In this document: piece by piece, positions 39,009 to 47,808 of the stretch | Layout: the number at the start of each line of letters is the position of its first letter | How positions within the stretch are numbered: the first letter of the stretch is position 1 | Assembly (NCBI GenBank): GCA_009840385.1 | Contig: VXNX01000013.1 | Location: 198,222-262,221 of the forward strand | Source of the DNA: Candidatus Dadabacteria bacterium | Lineage (GTDB): Bacteria; Desulfobacterota_D; UBA1144; Nemesobacterales; Nemesobacteraceae | Direction of reading: 5' to 3' | Length of the DNA: 64,000 nucleotides | The notes under the pieces: model-generated | The model's input: the letters and a program-made list of their open reading frames with translations, nothing else | Databases searched by the model: none | Told to the model about the DNA's origin: nothing | Position numbers and translations under genes: made by a program

Positions 39009-39761
39009 TCACCGTTCCTCCACAGGGCGGAACAAAGAAAGATCAGCCTTTGAGTTTACCCGTAAATTTTCATCATAATTCACGCTGAGACTGTAGTTCG
39101 CGGTTTCAAACAGCAGTTTTCTCGGGAAATAGGTATTCCGGGCAATCCGTGTCAGAAGGGAGAATTCAATTTTAGCCTTCTGTCCGCCGACAAGCTCACC
39201 CTTAACTCTTGTTATGAAGTTTCTCCGGGAATCAACCGTTACCTCAACGGGCGTCCTTTCCGAGAACACGAAAATTATTTCCCCTTCTTTTTTTCCCACC
39301 CGTGCAGAATAATCTTTCTGGGGAATGACAAACGGAGACCCCCCGAGCAAGAAGTTTACAACTTCCTCAATGCCCAGTTGGGGCGGAAGTCCCGGATAAA
39401 GATAGGAAAGTCTGAAATCCTCTGTGTTCTCAAAAACCAACTCTTCCCAGTTGGTTTTCATTCTCACACTTTCTCCATCAGAAACTATCTTCGCGAGCAT
39501 CTCGCCGAAAGGAGCGAAAACAGCAACTGTCAAAAACTCCGGGCGGACAACCGTGGCCACCTGATCGAAAACGATTTTCCCTTCTGGGGACTTTATCGAC
39601 ACCCTAGCCCTGGCTTTTACTGAAGCAAAGCCCTGCTGGGTCTGTATCGCCTGCGTCAATACGGAGTAGATATCCGGATGCCCGGCAACTATCGGCGGGA
39701 GTTTTCCAGCGCAGGAAAAAAGGAGAAAAACAAGAGGAACAAGAACGTAGCTATGCCTCAT
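39009..39761 (-). CDS. Outer-membrane lipoprotein, LolB-like/DUF4292-like
   Basis: Lipobox LLFSCAG, ~250 aa, no catalytic motifs. Directly downstream of a TPR protein. Confidence 0.45.
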   Translation of the reverse strand: MRHSYVLVPLVFLLFSCAGKLPPIVAGHPDIYSVLTQAIQTQQGFASVKARARVSIKSPEGKIVFDQVATVVRPEFLTVAVFAPFGEMLAKIVSDGESVRMKTNWEELVFENTEDFRLSYLYPGLPPQLGIEEVVNFLLGGSPFVIPQKDYSARVGKKEGEIIFVFSERTPVEVTVDSRRNFITRVKGELVGGQKAKIEFSLLTRIARNTYFPRKLLFETANYSLSVNYDENLRVNSKADLSLFRPVEER

Positions 39762-41520
39762 CGCGTCCGAATCCCCTTAGCTTCTCTTTTAGCCTCGTGC
39801 GGATTTTTTTATCTTCAGTTGTAAAAAGTTTCTGCGAATTCAAAAGCTCGAGGGCCTTTGTGTAATTTTCCTGCGCAAGTTCCCTTTTGCCGAGTTTTTC
39901 ATACGCATCGCCCACATGCTCCAAAATGGTCGGATCGGGAGGAGGTATCTCCGAAGCGCGAAGCAGATATTCAAGGGCTTTGGCGAAATCCCCCCTCTGA
40001 TAATAAACCCACCCGAGACTGTCTATTATGTAGCCCCGTCCGGGAGCAAGCTCAAGAGCTCTGTTTATAAGCTCCTCGGCGTAATCCAGTTTCTCTCCGC
40101 GCTCGGCGTATGTGTACCCTATAAAATTCATCGCGTCGAAATTATCCGGATTCCTGCTCATTATATCCTCCATTACCGAAAGCGCTTCCAGTATACGGTC
40201 GCCGTAGTAATAGGAAACGGCAAGCGCGTAGAGAATGGATTCGTCGTCGGGGTGCTTTTCAAGGTATCTGCCATATAGAGAGAGCGAATCTTCCTGTCTT
40301 CCCTGCCTTCCGTAAAGCTCTCCCAGAGAATTCACGGCCTTGGCGTTATACGGATCTTTTTCGTAAAGTCCTTCCAGTATCTCGACCGCTTTCTGTGCAG
40401 AACCCTCAAGTTCGTGTATGTAGGCTCCGTGAACGACCGCGTCCACGTAAAGTGGAGAGCTGTGGGGTATTGAATCGAGAAGCTTCCTTGATTGAGAATA
40501 CCGTTCAAGCTTGGTGTTGGCGACGGCGGAGTAGTATTTTGCCTCGAAATGGGCAGGCAATCTTTTGAGAACCTCCCCCAGTTTTCCGATCGCTTCCTCG
40601 TAACTGCCGCTTTCAAGGTACAAGAGACCTGTTCTGAACTTGATCTCGGGATTGTCCGGATCCGCGGCCTCGGCACTTCGGTACTGCTCGATGGCCTGTT
40701 TGAACATGCGGTGGCGGTAAAGCATGTTCCCGTAGGAAATGAAGACATCGCGGAAAGGAGAAAATTTCCTGATCGCAGACTCGTACTGAGCTATCGCCTC
40801 TTCGATCCTTTTTGCCTTCTCAAGGGTTTCAACGAGTCCCACAAATGCGGGGTAGTACGTCCGCTGAATTTCAAGCGCCCTTTTGTAGTGCTTTACGGCG
40901 ACGTCGAGATCATCTCTTCTGACCGCGATACTCCCTAGGTAGAAGTGGCCCATGACATCGGTCGGACTTATTGAAAGGCTTTTTTCAGCGTATTGTTCTG
41001 CATTTTCAAGATTGCCGGAATACAGTTCACTTGCGCAAAGAAGCAGATAGGTCTCCTTATCTTCAGGATCGATTTCGGCCGCCTTAAGCAGAAACTTCTT
41101 CCCCCTCTTCTTCATGGCTTCGTCAGGGGATGCAAGGTAGATACGGGCAAGATCCCTGTAGGCAGGAGAATTTGACGGATCAAAAACGATAGACTGTGTG
41201 AACTTGGCGACGGCCTTCTCGCGCACGTTAAGGGCCATGTAAATCAAGCCGAGGCGATATTTTATTTCGGAAGATCGGGGATCAATCTGCTCCGCCTTCT
41301 CAAGGTTTTCTACCGCGCGCGGCAGATCTCCTTCCTCGAGAAAAAACATCGAGAGTGCAAAATAATAATAGGCGTTTGTCTGGTCTCCGCTCTCAAGACT
41401 CCGTTGGGAGTCAATGGAGAGCCCCGCACCTGCGCAGGAAAGGCAAAAAAACAGAAAGAAAAGAAGAAAAAGTTTTTTCTCAGGAAATTTCTTCAAGCCA
41501 CACACCCAAGCACATATCAA
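39751..41520 (-). CDS. Secreted/periplasmic tetratricopeptide-repeat protein
   Basis: Signal peptide followed by more than 12 TPR units (recurrent A..Y…G.Y..A pattern). Confidence 0.85.
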   Translation of the reverse strand: MICAWVCGLKKFPEKKLFLLFFLFFCLSCAGAGLSIDSQRSLESGDQTNAYYYFALSMFFLEEGDLPRAVENLEKAEQIDPRSSEIKYRLGLIYMALNVREKAVAKFTQSIVFDPSNSPAYRDLARIYLASPDEAMKKRGKKFLLKAAEIDPEDKETYLLLCASELYSGNLENAEQYAEKSLSISPTDVMGHFYLGSIAVRRDDLDVAVKHYKRALEIQRTYYPAFVGLVETLEKAKRIEEAIAQYESAIRKFSPFRDVFISYGNMLYRHRMFKQAIEQYRSAEAADPDNPEIKFRTGLLYLESGSYEEAIGKLGEVLKRLPAHFEAKYYSAVANTKLERYSQSRKLLDSIPHSSPLYVDAVVHGAYIHELEGSAQKAVEILEGLYEKDPYNAKAVNSLGELYGRQGRQEDSLSLYGRYLEKHPDDESILYALAVSYYYGDRILEALSVMEDIMSRNPDNFDAMNFIGYTYAERGEKLDYAEELINRALELAPGRGYIIDSLGWVYYQRGDFAKALEYLLRASEIPPPDPTILEHVGDAYEKLGKRELAQENYTKALELLNSQKLFTTEDKKIRTRLKEKLRGFGRDEA

Positions 41521-41683
41521 TCCTCGGTTCCGAAACCCTGGTGCGTATCAGTCACGAAAGGAAAACCCGCCGGGATACCACCGGGCAGAATCTTTTCAAA
41601 CAGAATAACAAAAATGGATCAAAATACACAGCAAAGGGAAACAACACTGACTGCTTCTGCCCAGCAAGCTGGTCAGTCAATAG

Positions 41684-42487
41684 CTATTGTCTTTCGAGCC
41701 GTTGTATCCAGCCACGCTTCGCAAGGATCTCGGCAAACTCCTCGATTCCCGTTGCGCGCTCCAGATCAGTTCGTTCCACTTCACCTCCATGTTCGACAAA
41801 GAAGTGGAGTTCTGAAAAAATACAGCCGGACGGACAATCGCCCCATGCCCTGCGAAACACCACGTACCATTTCCCATCCGACCACAGCGCTTCAATATCG
41901 GAACTATCTCCCAACACAGAAACAGGTCTGGCGTAAATGACTCCTTCTATTTTCTCATATGATGCGCCCGCGGAGTAGATGTGCTCGCGCGGGTCAAACC
42001 TGATCTCTACCGCATGCACATATTTCAAAGGAAAAATTTCCACGCCTCGCAGACCGACCGCAGCATTGAGAGCATCAAACTCCGGGTGTCCAGTGCAAAA
42101 AAGAGCGGAAACACCATCCTCTTCAGGCAAACTGAGGGACACTGCCTTAAACAAAGACGGTTCCAAACGCAGAATCAACGTCCCGGGTTCCCATCTTGGA
42201 CGCGCATTCACCTTGACCATCTCCGGCCATGTAGAACGTATTATCCCCAGGACCCGCGCTATCTCGTCGGTCAGACCGTCTCCAGAAAAACCCGGAATTC
42301 CTAAGACGCGACGGGCCAGAATCACAGGATCAGTCTCGCTAGTCCGTCCAAGACTTCCGCGAGTGACAACTGGGGCCTTGTCGCCGCACACATCAGGTGA
42401 AATAACAGCAGACGGTGATACCGGTGAACCCGCGAAGCATGCCGTCATCAACATCGACAAAACAGCAATTATTGAGATCCTGACCAT
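41684..42487 (-). CDS. Hypothetical lipoprotein
   Basis: Lipobox SMLMTAC. 267 aa with no recognised domain. Confidence 0.45.
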   Translation of the reverse strand: MVRISIIAVLSMLMTACFAGSPVSPSAVISPDVCGDKAPVVTRGSLGRTSETDPVILARRVLGIPGFSGDGLTDEIARVLGIIRSTWPEMVKVNARPRWEPGTLILRLEPSLFKAVSLSLPEEDGVSALFCTGHPEFDALNAAVGLRGVEIFPLKYVHAVEIRFDPREHIYSAGASYEKIEGVIYARPVSVLGDSSDIEALWSDGKWYVVFRRAWGDCPSGCIFSELHFFVEHGGEVERTDLERATGIEEFAEILAKRGWIQRLERQ

Positions 42488-42661
42488 TGATATCCAAAAC
42501 CTCTGAACAGATACAGAGTATATACTTTTTCAAGCCGCTAAATTATACGTTTTTTCTCAACTGCGGGGAACCTTTTGCTCACACCCGTGTTGAAAGCGGC
42601 TTAAGGAACACTGCACGCGGAATTGACTTTGCCTCCGCTATTAGCTTTATTAATTTTCTCT

Positions 42662-43741
42662 ATGAGTTCGCTTGAAAATATCTACGCGAAGGTCTTTGAA
42701 GGTAAGCGTATATCGACCGACGAAGCCGCCCTGCTTCTCGGAAAGGCTGACCTGCTCCAGCTAGGTTCCCTGGCTGATATAGTAAGGAAGAGATTTAATC
42801 CGGAAAACATAGTGACCTTCGTTGCGGATACAAACCCCAACTACACGAACGTCTGCGACACGGAGTGTCTTTTCTGCGCCTTCTGGAGACCTCCGGGCGC
42901 CTATGATGCTTACACCCTGAGCGTCGACAAGGTAATTGAAATAATGCGCACCTCGTACCACAACGGCGCCACTACCGTCCTTCTGCAGGGAGGCCATAAC
43001 CCGGAACTCAAACTCGACTACTACATCGAAATCGTAAAAAGGGCCAGGAAGGAAATACCAGACCTTCATCTCCACGCCTTCTCCGCCCCTGAGATAGCCG
43101 CCATTGCCAAGTATGAAGACCTTGACACCAAGTATGTGCTGCAAAGCCTTTGGGACGCGGGTCTAAGAACAATACCGGGAGGAGGAGCTGAGGTACTCTC
43201 CAACAGGGCAAGAAGAGCAATAAGTCCTCTCAAGATAGACGCCGACGAGTGGATGAAGATCACCAGGGAAGCTCACCTGACGGGCTTTAAGACAACCGCG
43301 ACTATGATGTTCGGTCATCTCGAGCAGGATGAGGACATAATAGAACATCTCTCGAGGATAAGAGAGCTTCAAGATGAGACGGGGAATTTCCTAGCGTTTA
43401 TCCCGTGGACGTTTAAACCGAAAAACACCTTGCTCGAGAAAAGAATAAAGGACGAGGTCGGCGGGGAAAGATACCTGAGGGTTCTATCGGTGTGCAGGAT
43501 ATTTCTCGATAACTTCAAGCACGTCCAAGGCTCGTGGTTTACCCAAGGAAAGAAAATGGGCTCAATGTCCATGCACTACGGCGCAAGTGATCTCGGCGGG
43601 ACTCTTTACGATGAAAACGTCTTGGGATGCGCCGAGAACAAGATTCGCTCAACCGTGGATGAACTGGTTCACATGATAAAAAGCGCCGGGTTTATCCCCG
43701 CGCAGAGAAATACCTATTACGAAATTCTGGAGCGGTTCTAG
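42662..43741 (+). CDS. Radical SAM enzyme of the MqnC/MqnE family (futalosine-pathway menaquinone biosynthesis)
   Basis: NPNYTNVCDTECLFCAFWR (CxxxCxxC). Also GGHNPEL, AFIPWTF, QGSWFTQG and GASDLGGTLYDENV motifs. Confidence 0.75.
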   Translation: MSSLENIYAKVFEGKRISTDEAALLLGKADLLQLGSLADIVRKRFNPENIVTFVADTNPNYTNVCDTECLFCAFWRPPGAYDAYTLSVDKVIEIMRTSYHNGATTVLLQGGHNPELKLDYYIEIVKRARKEIPDLHLHAFSAPEIAAIAKYEDLDTKYVLQSLWDAGLRTIPGGGAEVLSNRARRAISPLKIDADEWMKITREAHLTGFKTTATMMFGHLEQDEDIIEHLSRIRELQDETGNFLAFIPWTFKPKNTLLEKRIKDEVGGERYLRVLSVCRIFLDNFKHVQGSWFTQGKKMGSMSMHYGASDLGGTLYDENVLGCAENKIRSTVDELVHMIKSAGFIPAQRNTYYEILERF

Positions 43742-43814
43742 AGGCAAGCCCCACCTCTGTATCGGTGACCTCAGGCTTCACCCTGCTTCTCCACTCCCAA
43801 AGTGAGCAGCCCGC

Positions 43815-44174
43815 TCATTGATTTCCCCTGCCCCCGGGACCATTCAGCACGCCTCCCCAATAACATGTCCGGACATATCCTTTTCCGATACAGTTCTCGC
43901 CAGTACCAAAATTGTAGTAATATCCCGTCCGGCTATCGTAACTCCAGGGGTTATAATTGCTGTCGTAACCCCTCATATCCCCATCCGGTTCGATAGTCGC
44001 ATTCCAGTACGAACCCGTTTTCGTATCAAAGCCGTGAACGGTTGTCTTACCCCTAGAATCCGTATTCCAATAGTAGCTGTTTCCCGAATACCAATCGTAG
44101 CCCGTCCCGCTCTGTGCATAAACAGGCAACGAAAACGCGGTCACTAAAATCAGCAATAACAGCGAAAATCTCAT
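43815..44174 (-). CDS. Small secreted Tyr/Gly/Asn/Trp-rich protein, hypothetical
   Basis: Signal peptide MRFSLLLLILVTAFSLPVYAQ. Mature ~100 aa is rich in Y, G, N, W and S (e.g. …SYWNATIEPDG… and …YDSNYNPWSYDSRTGYYYNFGTG…). 10-nt overlap with the upstream gene. Confidence 0.45.
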   Translation of the reverse strand: MRFSLLLLILVTAFSLPVYAQSGTGYDWYSGNSYYWNTDSRGKTTVHGFDTKTGSYWNATIEPDGDMRGYDSNYNPWSYDSRTGYYYNFGTGENCIGKGYVRTCYWGGVLNGPGGRGNQ

Positions 44175-44262
44175 TTTGCTAAAATAACAGGTTTTCAGCG
44201 CACCAGCAAAAAAGCGAACCGGAAAAAAAACCACATCTAAAAACGGCCGGAAACAACCGCCA

Positions 44263-44631
44263 TCATTGGTCATTAACGGCTATTATCCAACTGTTTCCCG
44301 CAAAATCCACGCCGCAGACAACCTCCGATCTTTGGGAGAAGACATAGTCGAAAAACTCAAGCGCACTGCTTGTATGCACAGGAACCCCGAGATACTCTCC
44401 AAGATCCGCCGAGGCTATGCCCGAACACTCAAGGGCACAAAGCTCGAAATCAACAGCCCTCTCTCGATCGATCTTCTGGTTGACGCGTGAGAAAAAAGCG
44501 CTTACAAGCGAAGTTTCGGAAGCAATTTCCATCCGGACATCAAAGCAACCGCCGAAAAGAAAGAAAATCTCAGCGAAGACCTCATCTATAGAATCCAGGT
44601 AAAACTCCCTTGCCTCCAGTTTTGTATCCAT
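44263..44631 (-). CDS. Hypothetical protein
   Basis: ~122 aa, begins MDTKLEAREFYLDSIDEV. Translationally coupled between eda and the secreted protein. Confidence 0.4.
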   Translation of the reverse strand: MDTKLEAREFYLDSIDEVFAEIFFLFGGCFDVRMEIASETSLVSAFFSRVNQKIDRERAVDFELCALECSGIASADLGEYLGVPVHTSSALEFFDYVFSQRSEVVCGVDFAGNSWIIAVNDQ

Positions 44632-44633
44632 TT

Positions 44634-45245
44634 TCACGCACAAAACTCGGAGAATTCTTCTGCCCTTTGTCTTATGGACCGATAGTCGTCTCCCCCGCTC
44701 AGAAGCGCGGTGGAGACTCCTGCAAGCGCGGCTCCCGACGCAAGGTAATCCCCGATGTTGTCTGTGGTAATTCCCCCGGTGACCATGATATCCATGAATC
44801 CGAGAGGCTCCTTTATGGCCTTTATGTAACCCGGACCGAAGCTCGAAGCGGGGAACACCTTTACAAAGTCCGCTCCGATGCTGCGGGCGTTAACCATCTC
44901 CGAGGATGTAAAGGCGCCTGAGATAACCGTGATGCCGTTTTTGCGGCAATACTCGATTATCTCGGGATCCGTGTGCGGAGAGACTATGAAACGGGCCCCG
45001 CAGCCGGACATCCGCTCGGCAGAGCCGCGATCAAGAACCGTACCTGCCCCGACGCATATTCCGTCCTCTGAGGCAAGTTCCCCAAGAAGTCTCTCCGAAC
45101 CGGGAGAGATAGATATGATTTCTATGATTCTTATTCCGCCGTCAACGCATGCCCTTGCAAATTCAAGAGATTTTTCGTAACTCGTGGACCTTATAACGGC
45201 TACGACCCTGTTTTTTTTCATAAACTCAATCACAGTTCTCTCCAT
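44634..45245 (-). CDS. eda: KDPG/KHG aldolase (Eda family)
   Basis: Schiff-base lysine context GADFVKVFPA and …VTGGI…, 203 aa. Confidence 0.85.
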   Translation of the reverse strand: MERTVIEFMKKNRVVAVIRSTSYEKSLEFARACVDGGIRIIEIISISPGSERLLGELASEDGICVGAGTVLDRGSAERMSGCGARFIVSPHTDPEIIEYCRKNGITVISGAFTSSEMVNARSIGADFVKVFPASSFGPGYIKAIKEPLGFMDIMVTGGITTDNIGDYLASGAALAGVSTALLSGGDDYRSIRQRAEEFSEFCA

Positions 45246-45322
45246 GACGCGCGGTTTGAGACTTGAACACTTTTAAGGTACATTGAGATTGGATTGTTTT
45301 AATTTTCTTCAAGGAACGGAGC

Positions 45323-45772
45323 ATGAAGAATCCGGAACTCAGGACCGAAAACAAGATATCGCAATTCATAAAAAGAAGCAAAGAACTGGGGCTTAAGGTA
45401 ACTCCCCAGAGAATAGCGATATACAGGGAACTTGCGGGGAGCATGCAGCACCCGAGTACCGAAATGATCTACAAGAACATAAAGGACTACTACCCGAACA
45501 TATCCCTTACCACCGTGTACAGAACGCTTGAAACATTTGAGAAGATGGGACTCATATCCGTAGTGAACACTCTGTATCACGCCGCAAGGTACGACGCCAA
45601 CATGGAACCTCACCACCACGTCGTATGCGTTAAATGTAAAAAAATAGAAGACCTCTACGACGATTCCATAGCTTATTCGAAACTCGACCCGCAAATAGAC
45701 AATTACAAAATTCTCGGATACTCGGTGCTTTTCAGCGGAATCTGCGAGGAATGCAAAACCCTCAACAACTGA
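45323..45772 (+). CDS. Fur-family metalloregulator (Fur/Zur/PerR)
   Basis: Winged-helix N-terminal domain (TPQRIAIYREL), metal sites HHHVVCVKCKK and CEEC, 149 aa. Confidence 0.85.
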   Translation: MKNPELRTENKISQFIKRSKELGLKVTPQRIAIYRELAGSMQHPSTEMIYKNIKDYYPNISLTTVYRTLETFEKMGLISVVNTLYHAARYDANMEPHHHVVCVKCKKIEDLYDDSIAYSKLDPQIDNYKILGYSVLFSGICEECKTLNN

Positions 45773-45818
45773 CCGGAACCCAGCCGTTTCTCGCGAGGCC
45801 GCCTAAAAGAGCGGAAAA

Positions 45819-47120
45819 ATGAAAATCCCCCAGGGCTTTGAAAAAGCCATAAACTTCAGTCTTCTGGACTCCATATTCTCAAGAAGGTCGCGTCGCTTCG
45901 GCCTCGGCATGGAAATTCCCGAAGGAAACCTCGCTTACAGTTCCGCTCACGATCCCGTTCCTCTTTCCGAACTCGAAGAGGCATTCCTGATCTGGGCGGG
46001 CACGGGAACCACGGGTCTTTCCCTTGGGGATCTTCCAAGAACCGGCATATCGTGGCTTTTCCAGTGGACGGGAAGAAGCTGGCCGTGCTCCTGTAACTCC
46101 CACTCGACCGAGCTTTTCTACACAAACGACGAAGGAGTCTACATGGTACGGCTTTTTGACCTAATGCCCCCCGACACCTCCATCTTCATGTCACTTGACA
46201 GGGAAAAACAGCTTGAAAAAATACTTGAGCTTTTCAGGGCAAGCAGAATTACCCTTGAGAACCAAAGAGCAGACCTTCCGAAAGGAGAACCCGGCCTTTT
46301 TGACTTTAACGCCTGGAATACCAACAAGCCGGGAACGACCTTCTTCATCCCGGTAACAAACACCACCGTTGAGTATATGGTGCTTCTGTTCATATACTTC
46401 GGAGCCAAATACGGCTTTAACATCATCGACGAGCTAAACGGGGGAAGGTCGTGCGGTCTTGATAAGTGGATAGAGAAAGGCTACATAAGAAACGACGTCA
46501 GGCTTTCACTGTTTGATTTGGAACTAAGGGTGCTGACAACGCTTAACGTGGAGCAGGCATTCATAAGCCAGAACATGAATCTCGCGCTGCAGGCCCTGGG
46601 TCTCGGGGGCTGGACTTTTACGGGGCTGCTTCCCCATTACGCACTCGGGGTCGACCCTTCCCACAAGGGACTTGGATTCCGGTTCGTCCAGCCGGAGGAA
46701 AGCATCAGGAGCACAAACCCACCTTATCCCGTCGGAAGAGACGGAGTTTTCGAATCCCTCTGCCCTCCCTACGTGGCGGACATGGGCGAAGCGGTCGACA
46801 GGTTTCTCAAAGTAAGAGGGGGGTTCTGGAAGGAGGACAATCCGTTTCCCTACAGAGATCCCGCGTCTATTCTGCAGGATGAATACCACCCTTCTGAAAT
46901 CAGGATACAGATAGTAAAGGATTTCTGCACCTACGTGTACGAGAACTACGGCAGATTCCCGGCTTTTCTAGACCCTATGTTCGTGCGGCTGGTGTTCCAA
47001 GCCCACCATCTCGATCTTGAATTCTACGACAAGTATTTCGAGAAAGATTCATACCACGACCTGCACAGGGAACACTTCAGACTCTGGCATCCGGAGATGG
47101 AGAATCCTTTCGGAAAATAA
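45819..47120 (+). CDS. Large nitroreductase-fold family protein (SagB/ThcOx-like two-lobed dehydrogenase?), function unknown
   Basis: IFSRRSRRFG at the N-terminus and NMNLALQALGLGGWTFTG, both typical of the nitroreductase superfamily. Unusually long at 433 aa. Lies 46 nt downstream of the Fur-family gene. Confidence 0.45.
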   Translation: MKIPQGFEKAINFSLLDSIFSRRSRRFGLGMEIPEGNLAYSSAHDPVPLSELEEAFLIWAGTGTTGLSLGDLPRTGISWLFQWTGRSWPCSCNSHSTELFYTNDEGVYMVRLFDLMPPDTSIFMSLDREKQLEKILELFRASRITLENQRADLPKGEPGLFDFNAWNTNKPGTTFFIPVTNTTVEYMVLLFIYFGAKYGFNIIDELNGGRSCGLDKWIEKGYIRNDVRLSLFDLELRVLTTLNVEQAFISQNMNLALQALGLGGWTFTGLLPHYALGVDPSHKGLGFRFVQPEESIRSTNPPYPVGRDGVFESLCPPYVADMGEAVDRFLKVRGGFWKEDNPFPYRDPASILQDEYHPSEIRIQIVKDFCTYVYENYGRFPAFLDPMFVRLVFQAHHLDLEFYDKYFEKDSYHDLHREHFRLWHPEMENPFGK

Positions 47121-47148
47121 GCCTGGTCGACAATTCGGCGGTCTCCGC

Positions 47149-47718
47149 TCAGGATTTCGCCCTTTCGAGATAGTTTCCGTTCCTGGTATCGACCTTTATC
47201 ATATCCCCGATATTAATGAAAAGAGGGACGGCCACCACCGCTCCGGTTTCTATGGTCGCAGGTTTGGTAGTGCTTGAGACCGTATCCCCCTTAACTCCAG
47301 GTTCGGTGTGAGTAACCTCGAAGACAACGGCGGTTGGAAGTTCCACGCCTATGAGCTCTCCTTCATGCATCTGCACCGTGACTTCCTGCTGCTCCTTAAG
47401 AAATTTCACCGTATCACCTATTATGTCCGCACTGAAAGGAAACTGGTCAAAAGTCTCGGAATCCATGAAGTAAAACATCGTATCGTCCCTGTAGAGATAC
47501 TGCATAGTCCTTCTCTGGATGTCGGGAACGTTAAATGTGTCTCCCGCACGGAATTTCATTTCCCGCACGGCCCCCGTGGCGATATTTTTAAGCCTCGCGG
47601 TAACTATCGGGCTTCTCTGCGCCATTTTCGAATGCTTGTACTCGACTATCTCCCAGATGGCCCCCTCGGTCTCGATCTTCATGCCCTTGTGAAAGCGACT
47701 CGTGTCAACAACAGCCAT
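47149..47718 (-). CDS. efp: Elongation factor P with a non-canonical beta3-beta4 loop
   Basis: Colinear with EF-P over 189 aa (…GDTVSSTTKPATIETGAVVAVPLF…VDTRNGNYLERA). The conserved KPGKG loop is replaced by KHSKMAQRSP. Confidence 0.85.
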   Translation of the reverse strand: MAVVDTSRFHKGMKIETEGAIWEIVEYKHSKMAQRSPIVTARLKNIATGAVREMKFRAGDTFNVPDIQRRTMQYLYRDDTMFYFMDSETFDQFPFSADIIGDTVKFLKEQQEVTVQMHEGELIGVELPTAVVFEVTHTEPGVKGDTVSSTTKPATIETGAVVAVPLFINIGDMIKVDTRNGNYLERAKS

Positions 47719-47808
47719 TTCGGATTTACCTCTCCTTTATGAGTTTGCAAAAAGTAATCTTTTCTCGAAAATCCTCGCTTACGATCATAACGTATTAACC
47801 CGTCCGAA

